A program made the position numbers and the translations under genes. Under the pieces are notes generated by a model, which saw nothing but the letters and a program-made list of their open reading frames with translations, searched no databases and was not told the DNA's origin. A DNA stretch of 64,000 nucleotides from NCBI RefSeq assembly GCF_009914755.1, contig NC_060941.1; one strand, 5' to 3'. Origin of the DNA: the human T2T-CHM13v2.0 reference genome, Homo sapiens. Below are positions 53,290-64,000 of the stretch, in pieces. How positions within the stretch are numbered: the first letter of the stretch is position 1; the number at the start of each line of letters is the position of its first letter.

Positions 53290-56200
53290 TATAGTATATT
53301 ACATGTTTTATGTATTGCTGGATTTTGATCGTTAGCATTTTGCTGAGGATTTTTTCCATCTATTTTTGTTAAAGATATTGTTCTGTGTTTTTGTTTTCTT
53401 TTTTTTTTTTTGATGCTATTGTATGGTTTTGTTATTAGGGTAATACTAGCTTCATAGAATAAACTGGGAAGCGTATTCTCTTTTTTTTTGGCAAGAGTTT
53501 GTAAATAATTGTATTAATTCAACTTTGAAAGTTTGGTAGAGGCATTCTTGGCTAGAAGATTTGTTGCTGTTGTCATTGTTTCCTGAGGTGGTAGTTTTGA
53601 TTACTAAATCTCTTTACTTGATAAGATTTTATATTTCTCCTTGATTCATTTTTGCTAATTTGAATCTTAGAATTTGTCCTGTTCTTTAAAAAATCTAAAT
53701 TTTAGATATAATTGTTCATAGGTACTTTTGTAATAATTTTTTATGTCTTTTAGTGTTCTTTTAAAAATTTCATTGATACTTGAATAGTTTCTCTTGTTGG
53801 TCAGTTTATGTAAATTGTGGCCACTTTTGATGTGTTCAAAGAAACAATTTTTGGCTTTGTTGAGGTTCTCAATTGTTTTTCTATTTTGTATTTCACTAAT
53901 TTGTATATCCCTAATACTTCCTTGTGGTTGCTGTAGTTTTAATTTGCTCTTCTTTTTTCAGTGCCTTATGGTGGCAGGTTAGAGAATGTTATTTTTGAGT
54001 ATGAGAACTACTTTTATTGCATCACGTAAGAGATATTATGCATTCTTAAAGTGTTTTATTTTTTTTAAAGTATTTTCTAATTTATCTTATTTCTTCTTGG
54101 ACCCATTGGTTATTTAATAGCATGTTTAATTTCCACATAATTCTGAGTTTCCCAAATTTTCCTATTGCTGATTTATTATTTTACTCAGTTATTGTCTGAA
54201 AATATACTTTGTATTATTCCAATGTTTAAATTCATTGAGGTCTGTTTTATGGCCTGGGGTATGGTATTCCTGGGTAATATTGCATGTGCACTTGAGAATC
54301 TACTGTTGTTAAAGTGTTCCTTAAATATCTAATCAGTCTAGTTATTTTGTAGTATTGTTCAAGTGTTCTATTTCTTTGTTGATCTTCTGCCTAGTCATTT
54401 TATCCATTTGTGAAAGTGAGTATTAAAGGCTGCAAGAAGTATGTTAAATTGTCTAATCTTCATTTTTGGAGGTTTCTGTGTCAATAGATTTTGAAGTTTT
54501 TTATCACACACATATATATGCCTGTAATTGTTATTTATTTTTGAGATATTGGCCCTTTTATTTTTATGAAAGCTCTCTTTACCTCTGTAACCCCTTTTGT
54601 TTTAAAGTCTATTTTTTTTCTGATATTAATATAACAATTCCTGCTTTCTTGTGGTTACTGCCTGCATCATATAACTTTTCCATCCTTTTTTTCCTATTAA
54701 TTTTCATGTTTGGATCTGAAGTATGTCTCCTGCAGACAACATGTAGATGGATCTTATTTATTTAATTTGTTTTTCTCCAGTCTGACAATCTGTCTTTTAT
54801 TTGAATATTTAAATTCATTTTCACTTGAGGTTACTAGTATAGATTTACATCCATTTTACTTCAGTTTTCTGTATACCTTATGTCTTTTCATTTCTCTATT
54901 CCTCCTCCTTTCTTTTGTATTAGGTATTTTTTATAAAACATTTAATCTATATTTAATAATATCTATATTTTTTCAATGTTTCCCTTCATTGTTACTTTAG
55001 GGTTTACTGTAGACATCACAATCAATTTTAGGTGCATAACAATTCTAGTGGCATATATGTATATATAAATTTTACTTTTGTTCACTTTTGTGTACTTTGG
55101 CTCTCCTTTTTGTGCTATTGCTGTACACATTACATCTATATATGCTATATACCCAATAATTTATTGTTATAACTGTTACTTGATGATATGGTTTGTTGTT
55201 TTGTCCTCTCCAAAGTTCATTTTGAAACAATTTCAATGTGACAGCATTAAGAGCTGGAACCTTGAGGATATGATTAGGCTATTGGGGTCTGTCCTCATGG
55301 ATGGTATGAGTGTCTTATAGAAGGGCTGGAGGGAATTAGGACCCTTTGCCTTTTCATCCTTTTCACCGTATGAAAATACAGCATTCGTCCCCTCTGGAGG
55401 ATGCAGTATTCAAGGCACCTCACTAGACACCAAACCTGCCAGCAAATTGATCTTAAACTTCCAGCCTGCAGAACTATGAGAAATAAATTTCTTCTTTACA
55501 AATTTCTCAGTCTCTGGTATATATATGTATCAGCATGAACAGACTAACATACTTGACATAATTTTATGTCTTAAAAAGATAAAAAGAAACGTACTATGTA
55601 TTTACGGCTTTTGTTACATTAGCAGTCTTATTTATTATTTCAGGTCTTTTCATTTGTTCAGCATTTGAAACTTCTTCCTGACACCAGAAGGGCTCTTCTT
55701 AGCTGTCTTTTTCCTGGGTTATTCCTGGTAAACTAGCTGACCTTTGTTTCAAAGCATATGTCTCTAATAAAGTGCCAGTCTCTCTTATTTGCTTTTTACC
55801 ATCACTTCATTGTTTTTCAAAGTACGCTTATGGTTGAATTTCCCCAAACTCTTCTTTTGGGAAAAGCTTTACACTCTCTGCTCTATGTTCTGCCCCTTCC
55901 TTTGGGCAAAACTTCTGAGCTTTGGCTCTGGTGATTGTAGCAAAGAGAGCAGCATTCTCCTCTCGGAGTGACAGCCCTACTTTGAGACTGTCACTGGGAT
56001 GGGAAGTAGCCGTTGGTAATCTCAGCTTTGCCACTCCTGGAATGAGAACTTTGCCTTACAGACAAACCAGAAAGAAGGCGATCAGGGCTCAGTGTTCTCA
56101 GTGTGTTGCACCCAAACAGTCCCCATTCCATGAATTAGAGCTGGTAGGAAGAAGTGACATCCTACTTCTTGGCCACATTCCACAAAAGCTTAATCTCAAG

Positions 56201-56570
56201 AACAGGTAGTGGCAGCAGGTGGGGGTTGAAATGAAAAGTTCGGATGTACTGTTACTCCCAGAAAGATACTATAGCCCCCCAGTGGGGTCTAGTAAAAGTT
56301 CTGTGTTCTTGGCTACATTGCATTGAGTAGAGTTTATGTCAAGATAGGCTATGAGAAAAAGAGGTAAGAATGGGTTGTGGATCAAATGCAAAAAACTCTT
56401 ACTGTTCTTAGTGAGTTTCAGTAGATTTTCTTGAATAAATAGTTCATCATTTTCTATGTACCATTATGACTTTTCAAGTGACATAGGTGATGGTTGTTTT
56501 ATAATTTTCAACAATTTTATAAAAGATCCATGGAGCTCTTCACATTGCCATTCTAGAGGTGGAACTTCTA
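53290..56570 (-). mobile_element. Old L1M fragments, interrupted by an MST LTR
   Basis: T-rich reverse L1 motifs (TTTTGCTGAGGATTTTT, TTTAATTTCCACATA, CATGTGCACTTGAGAA). Confidence 0.75.
55184..55548 (+). mobile_element. MaLR LTR (MST-type)
   Basis: TGATATGGTTTG..CCCTCTGGAGGATGCAG..ACTTCCAGCCTGCAGAACTATGAGAAATAAATTTC..AACAGACTAACA. Confidence 0.82.
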
Positions 56571-59564
56571 CATTTATTTCTTAGGCAAGGAAATTAAGGT
56601 TTTCTTTAATTTCTCTTCTTCTAAAATATGCTTTGGAATCTCACTCTCTACAGCAAATTGGGTCTCAGTATATTTCTTTCTCCAAGAGAAGTTTGCTAGA
56701 TACTCAAATAATTTTTGTTTTATATTGTTATGTTTGAAAGGTTGTTTTGTTGTTAAAAGACAATAGGAAGATCAACATGAAACCCTCACATTCATTGTAT
56801 ATTATCTTTTCATTCAGAAAGTTACAATATATTTGAGTGCTCATGAAGCTTTAAAAAGAAGTGGATTAAGTAATCAATCTCCCTAGACAGATAAAAAAGC
56901 ACATGATATTTTGGTATTCCCCAACTGTTGTTATTTGACTTTCATGTTCTAGCAAATAACTTTCAACAATTTGTCAACTTACTTGCACATTTATATTTTA
57001 TATTATTAATTCCATTATTTATGCATGTGTTGAATAGACTTTAATATATAGAGTAGATGTTGACACACTCGAATTTGTAACAAAGTGAAAAATTACTTTG
57101 ATACATATTTTTTCTGACAAAATTATGAAGTGCTTTTCCATCTCTTCTAAAACAACATAGAAAACATGTTTCTTTCTCATTATTAAATACATGACTCGGA
57201 ATACAGCAAAATTAATTGGCTATAAAGCAAACCTTTAAAAGAGAATAGTTTGATGAAAAATATAAGCATTCTTAGTTATACATAAGATCCCACAGAGCCA
57301 ATTTAACTTTTTTTCCAGATTTATGTCCCAATTTAAAACTTTAATTCCTACTGTCTAAGCATTGTGGCTAAAAGTATGAGATAAGTAATTACTCCTGACA
57401 TCCAACTTTTGTGATCATAGTAGGTGACATTCCTTTGAAAAAAGTAACTTGAAAATTTTCTGGTAAACGTTACGTTTGTGTGTGGGTGTAGAGTTTCATT
57501 TTCAAAACAAGCTCTCACATATCAAAGTTAAGTGTTTTAATTATCTTGTAAGACTATGTCCTTGGATCCTATGCTGTATGCCAATATTTATACATGTTGA
57601 ATATGCTTTCATTTAACTTACATAGCCATAATGCTTAACTTTAATCAGAGATTCCTTACTAATTCTGATGAATGTTGGTAGAAAATATGCTGAAAATAAA
57701 ATATGTTAGAATAATTTTCAATGAAAGGATAAAAGGAAAGAAGCTAGCAGAAGAGCCAGCACCACAGAAAGCAAAGTCACATTCTGGATCCAAGCAACAT
57801 TTCCATGAGCAAAGAACCAGCAAATTGGATTCACGAGACAGGGAGCAGAAGCAAGAGTGTGAAGAGGAAATTGACTTTTTTTTGTTTTTTATTTGTTTTC
57901 TCATGAGGAGAGTATACTAGTAGTAGAAAAAAGTTACATGACTGATTCCAGAGAGACACAGGTAGAATATCTGGACCCTCTGTATAGGATAGCTAGTGAT
58001 TATATTGTGTGTTCTGGAGGTAAGATTTGTATAAATTCAAGCCTACAATAGTATCAAGGCCTATTAAGCAAACATCCATTAGACAGCATGAAAGACTAAG
58101 AGGCTTTCAAACTACAAGTGTCAATAGTTAAATGTGAAGCAAGTACATATAGACATTTGATACTATGACAAAATAATGAGAGGTTTATCATAATATAATT
58201 TAATATTTTGTTCTTCAGTTTAGTAATTATATAAAGCTACATGCTAGTTTTTCACAACTTAACCAATCCTCTTTAATATATTTTTATGAAATTTCCTGCT
58301 ATACTTGGGATACAGTTTAGAGTGTAAACTCATTTTGTAGGATTTTTTTTAAAAAATCCTGAAACAACATAGTGATAAATTTAAATAGTTTTGCCAGTTG
58401 AATCATGTATGTGATAAAAAGGCTTTATATTTTTGATTCCTAAATCAGGGTATGACAGTACAAATCATAAATCAAGTATTCTTATGTCCATTGTATAAAT
58501 ATAGAATAATGCCCAAACCTTTTTTGAATGTGAGGGTATGTCATGAGCATCAAAAGGGGAAAAAAAAGTATGAAAATCCCTAAGAGTTTTACTCTGGAAA
58601 GTCATATAGATTGTGCATTCTTTAGCTGACATTTTAAAACAGATACCTGAAATCATTTGCTTAACCCCTTTGAATAATATACTATTGCCTTTAAGAGAAA
58701 TTCTGTAATCTACTAAAGGTCCTTTTCGTATAGCCCTGACCTCTCTCCAGTCACGTGCCGTTACTGGTGTCTGTGACCCAAACACACTAGTTGTCTCTCG
58801 ATTTCGCTAAGACGTTCTGCATTCTTTCTTCTCACAGCTTTTATGTCTATTGCTTCTTCAAGGCATACTTCTCTAATATTTACTAGCTACTATTATTTTG
58901 AATGAGTTTAATGGTTTATTTTCGAGGAGACAAGGGCAAATTTTGCTGCTCTGTATTCCCATAGTATTGTGGTCTTCTCTATATTAAAAACTCATCGGGC
59001 TAAAAATTGTTTGTGGTTCCCATTTATTTACCTGCTAGATTGTAAATTCCATGAGGACTGGAAATTCAACTCTTATTTACCTGTGTATCTCAAACTTTGT
59101 AACATTCTTTCTGTGAGACAGTCATGTATTTATTAAAATGAATGAAATGTTTATGTCTATAGACTACATTACCAATACCTCTTGCACTATTAAATTTTCC
59201 TTAATTTCAAAAAAGCCAAACATTATTTTTTTCTCATTTATATAGTTTGAAATTCTTTTCTAGCAATAATGTTTCACCCATAAAAAGACCTATTAAAATT
59301 TAATAATAAGGGGAGGGATAAAATAACTATGCATTTTTTGTTGAAATCACAGTTGTCTGATACTTTAATTATGCTATCTAATTTAACCTTTCATAAATGC
59401 CCAGAATATGAGAATATCATCCAAGATTTAAATACCAATTGCCAAAATTTACAGCTATCAAATGGAAGACTCAGGTTTGTGCTATGCCACATTTTCTGTT
59501 CTTTCCTTTTTGTGATGGTATGCCAAACTGTGGAGAAAGAAAGCATTTCTATTTGTGATTGCCT

Positions 59565-60095
59565 CTGCTAGTTATTTCTGCAAAACAAACTACTCAAATT
59601 CAGTGGCATGATGCAATAACCATTTTGTCATCCTCAAATATTCTGGGGTCGGGGTTGAAAATGCAAAGTGGGGTGACATTTCTGTGGTATACAGTATTTG
59701 GGGCCTCTGAGAAGTCCTAGATGTCTAGGAATGAATTAAACGTTGGACAATGAAATCTTCTAAAAGCTTCTTTACATGTTTGGCTCCTGCATTGGTATGA
59801 CTTAAAGGCTGGGCTCAAAATAATCTCTTAACCAGAGTGTCTGAATATTGCTTCTTCATGTAACTTGAGCTTCCTCACAGCATGGAATCATACAGGTAGC
59901 TTGCCTGAGTGTTTCAGTTAATGGGTCATTGTATTGCCTTTAATAATCTTGCCTCAGAAGTCACATAGAATTACTTTAACGCTGAGTTGGTTTAAGCAAT
60001 CACAGCCTGTCTGACTTCAGGGGGAAGAAACATGATGTCTACCCTTTGATGTGAGGACATTCAAAGTATTCGTAGCTATATTTTTAAAATGCCAC
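59565..60095 (-). mobile_element. MaLR LTR (MLT1)
   Basis: AACAAACTACTCAAATTCAGTGGC..GAGCTTCCTCACAGCATGG..GCCTCAGAAGTCACATAG. Confidence 0.65.
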
Positions 60096-60510
60096 AGTTA
60101 TCTTCTTTTCAAAGAGATGCCATATCCTTATTATCAGCAATAGAATCAGGATTTGAAAATAGTTCTTTTGCTACATACGCATTTTTATAATCATTCTTGC
60201 TATTATAATTTTTTTCAGAAAGGGTGAAGGGGTAAGGATTATGTTTCATTCTTTCTCAAATTTTGTATTCTATAAGTATTTTTATTTTTTGTCCATAATA
60301 GATTATGGTACAAAGGTAACTCAAAACTAGAGTGTATAAATATAAAAAATAAGTTTTCATATCCAAGCTGTGGATAAGATATTAAAATATAAAAAAGATT
60401 TTGAATTTGTTTTAAAAATTAAGTCTTCTAATTTTGTGAAAAGAACTAAGATAATTGTCCACTAATCACTCATTAAATCTCCTTATTAACTTAATTTCCT
60501 TATTAACATT

Positions 60511-61993
60511 AACAAAGCCTGCATTGCCAAGACAATCCTAAGCCAAAAGAACAAAGCTGGAGGCATCATGCTACCTGACTTCAAACTATACTACAAGGCT
60601 ACAGTAAGCAAAACAGCAGGGTGCTGGTACCAAAACAGAGATACAGACCAGTGGAACAGAACAGAGCCCTCAGAAATAATACCACATATCTACAACCCAT
60701 CTGATCTTTGACAAACCTGACAAAAACAAGAAATGGGGAAAGGATTCCCTATTTAATAAATGGTGCTGGGAAAACTGGTTAGTCACATGTAGAAAGCTGA
60801 AACTGGATCCCTTCCTTACACCTTAGACAAAAATTAATTCAAGATGGATTAAAGACTTACATGTTAGACCTAAAGCCATAAAAACCCTAGAAGAAAACCT
60901 AGGCAATACCATTCAAGGCATAGGCATGGGCAAGGACTTCATGTCTAAAACACAAAAAGCAATGGCTACAAAAGCCAAAATTGACAAATGGGATCTAATT
61001 AAACTAAAAAGCTTCTGCACAGCAAAAGAAACTACCATCAGAGTGAACAGGCAACCTACAGAATGGGAGAAAATTTTTGCAATCTACTCATCTGACAAAG
61101 GGCTAATATCCAGAACCTACAAAGAACTCAAACAAATTTACAAGAAAAAAAAAAAACCATCAAAAAGTGGGCAAAGGATATGAACAGACACTTCTCAAAA
61201 GAAGACATTTATGCAGCCAACAGACACATGAAAAAATGCTCATCATCACTGGCCATCAGAGAAATGCAAATCAAAACCACAGTGAGATACCATCTCACAC
61301 CAGTTAGAATGGTGATCATTAAAAAGTCAGGAAACAGCAGGTGCTGGAGAGGATGTTGAGAAATAGGAACACTTTAATGCTGTTGGTGGGACTGTAAACT
61401 GGGTCAACCATGGTGGAAGAAAGTGTGGCGATTCCTCAAGGATCTAGAACTAGAAATACCATTTGACCCAGCAATCCCATTAGTGGGTATACACCCAAAG
61501 GATTATAAATCATGCTACTATAAAGACACATGCACACGTATGTTTATTGTGGCACTATTCACAATAGCAAAGACTTGGAACCAACCCAAATGTCCAACAA
61601 TGATAGAATGGATTAAGAAAATGTGGCACATATACACCATGGAATACTATGCAGCCATAAAAAGGATAAGTTCATGTCCTTTGTAGGGACATGGATGAAG
61701 CTGGAAACCATCATTCTCAGCAAACTATGGCAGGGACAAAAAATCAAACACTGCATGTTCTCACTCATAGGTGGGAATTGAACAATGAGAACACTTGAAC
61801 ACAGGAAAGGGAAACATCACACTGGGGCCTGTCATGGGGTGGGGGGAGGGGGGAGGGATAACATTAGGAGATATACCTAATGTAAATGAGGAGTTAATGG
61901 GTGCAGCACACCAACATGGCACATGTATACATATGTAACAAACCTGCACATTGTGCACATGTATCCTAGAACTTAAAGTATAATAAAAAAAAT
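60511..61993 (+). mobile_element. L1PA 3' 1.5 kb with disrupted ORF2
   Basis: AAAGAACAAAGCTGGAGGCATCATGCTACCTGACTTCAAAC through 3' UTR and AGAACTTAAAGTATAATAAAAAA; ORF fragments 60926-61183 and 61423-61686. Confidence 0.96.
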
Positions 61994-62392
61994 AGTAAAT
62001 ATCAATAGATACAACTGACTTAAACAAAAGCTCTTTGGAATCTGCAATCATTTTTATTTTATTTATTTATTTATCATTATGAAGACAGTTTAACTGAGAT
62101 CCAGTCATTTGATAGAAAACTAGAGCTTCCTGTGTCAATAAGGACTGATCTCAAAAATGTGTGTCCAGACAAAAGAAAGTTGCAAAATATGTAGAGTGTA
62201 CAACAATTTATATACACTTTTAGGACATGAAAACAAATTATACTTATTATTTATGACCATACACATATGTAATAAAATGTTTTATAAGGGAATGGACATG
62301 ATAAATGCTTAATTCAGGGTATTGGTTACCTCTAGGCAATAATATTTAATCATATAAAAGGAGCCCCAGGCCAAAAAGTTTCAGAATCAGTG
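61994..62392. mobile_element. MER33-like Charlie terminal fragment, interrupted
   Basis: GTAAATATCAATAGATACAAC..AAACAAAAGCTCTTTGG, and later CCAAAAAGTTTCAGAATCAGTG. Confidence 0.5.
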
Positions 62393-62779
62393 TTTTAAAA
62401 GACTGTGTCCACCATACAGTTATTAAGGAGTGATTAATTGCTTTCCTCATTTTTGATAATCAAAGATACCCCCACAATACACACACACATGATCTGCTAA
62501 CCAGAATATCTGACTGGCTTTAAATCATCAGTATAGCCACACTATGATGAAACAATTAAACTTAAAGCACAACTCACATGTTGGCAAGTAAAGTTTGTCT
62601 TATATTATTTCCACCTTCCTAATACCCACTCTTCCTTTTTCTGAAGTATTATCTCATTTTACCACCCTCCATCATATCCACCTGCTTCTTTTCCCTTCAT
62701 TTACTCCCTGTACTCTCTGCCTTCCACATTGTTTATTCTCCCTTTTACTCTTATCCTTTTCCTTCTATCCTGACACTGC

Positions 62780-62867
62780 ATATCTAGGGTTCAGTACTAT
62801 CCACAGTTCCAGGCATTCACTGGGGGTCTTGGAATATATCCCCATGGATAAGGGGGGAAAACTGTAC
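62780..62867. mobile_element. MER2/Tigger terminal fragment
   Basis: AGGGTTCAGTACTATCCACAGTTCCAGGCATTCACTGGGGGTCTTGGAATATATCCCCATGGATAAGGGGGGAAAACTGTA. Confidence 0.8.
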
Positions 62868-63849
62868 ATTTTGTTGTGTAGGTCTATGGGTGCTGTGCTG
62901 TGTTATATGGCAAAACATAGGGAAGAGACCAGGGACAAGGATCTTTGCAAAGACTTTTGAGCTGCCAGTGGAGAAGAGCTCAAGGGAGATCAATGTACTC
63001 ACTCTCACTAATCATCTTCTAGGGCAGATGCTGGCAATGTTTACTGAGTTCTAGCTATTTTCCCTAGCACAAACAAGGCTCAAATTCACCTCCCATTTTA
63101 CCTCCTATGGACAGAACCACTGGAAAGATCACTCCCATAAAGAGCTTATTCATTCTGAGCCACACCATTCATTCAGTGAGAAGCTTAAGAAGAAACACTG
63201 CCACGGTGTATGAAAAATAAATATGAAAAACTACCTGATATGAAAAATATATATGAACAGAACTATCAATCAAGCTGCCAGAATGTGCCAACAGTTGTTA
63301 ACTGTCTCCGGTGAAAACAAAATTATTTTTCACTTCTTGTAAAGCAAAACACTGGTATTTCTTATGACAGAGCATCTAGTTACAGATGAGCCATGTTATA
63401 ATAATATAGACTGTTTTCAAGCTCATCCCTATAAAGAAGAGAACCAGTGAGGAACATATTTATTCACCTGTAATATTCACTGCCTGATCTTCTTTTTAAG
63501 TGCAAGGTAAGTACGCAAGACTTTGTGATTCCAGTTTTATAAAGACCAGCTCTTGAGATTATCCTGTCCCATCGCTAAAGTCTATCTGGACCCATCTCCT
63601 AGAGCACGATGGTCCAGTTAGTGCTGTGGAATACTGCATGGTGCCATTTTTCCCCACCCTCCCCGTTACATGGCAAATGTCTACAGAAATCACACTTTCT
63701 CAGCACGTCAAGTCATATGTCATCAGATCCTATTCTGATGAACAAAACACGAGAAAAACAAAGGCAAGGACAAAGAACATCTAAAATGACAGAATCCAAT
63801 TACTATGGAAATTTGTTGTTTAAATATTCAAAAAGATATCCACTGTTTT

Positions 63850-64000
63850 ATTCCAACTATATGACTAGTCTGGAAAAAGCAAAACTATGGAGACGCCAAA
63901 AAGAACAATGGTTGCCAGAAGCCAGTGGAGAAGAAGAAACAAAATGGCAGAGGACAGAGGATATTTAGGGCAGTGAAACTATTTTGTCTATGATACTACA
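63850..64000 (+). mobile_element. L1M 3' UTR fragment
   Basis: ATTCCAACTATATGAC..CTGGAAAAAGCAAAACTATGGAGAC..TTTAGGGCAGTGAAACTATT. Confidence 0.75.

Noticed and set aside
59329-59571. 80-aa ORF in unique sequence
   Set aside because: No recognisable homology or gene context; length is within chance expectation.

Overview
Primate genomic DNA, very probably human. No intact protein-coding gene is visible. Positions 1-9.6 kb are extremely Alu-dense; most of the rest is AT-rich DNA with L1, LTR and DNA-transposon fossils. Three GC-rich islands stand out. (1) 19501-23305 is an L1-mobilised retrocopy of ABHD17A (16-bp TSD, poly-A). It is only semi-processed: the last two introns are retained, and the upstream coding junction lacks 54 nt, as if spliced to a downstream in-frame acceptor. 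(2) About 30.6-31.8 kb is an orphan CpG-rich promoter/first-exon-like segment on the minus strand. (3) About 45.1-48.7 kb is a REP522-like composite repeat whose centre is a palindromic bidirectional promoter: mirrored TATA boxes, 3+3 CCAAT boxes, one octamer and a candidate splice donor on each side. From memory, this layout resembles the 17p11.2 ABHD17AP6/CCDC144NL(-AS1) segmental-duplication region or a paralogue; this was not verified. Repeat subfamily calls are by eye from recalled consensus sequences, and boundaries of old repeats are approximate.
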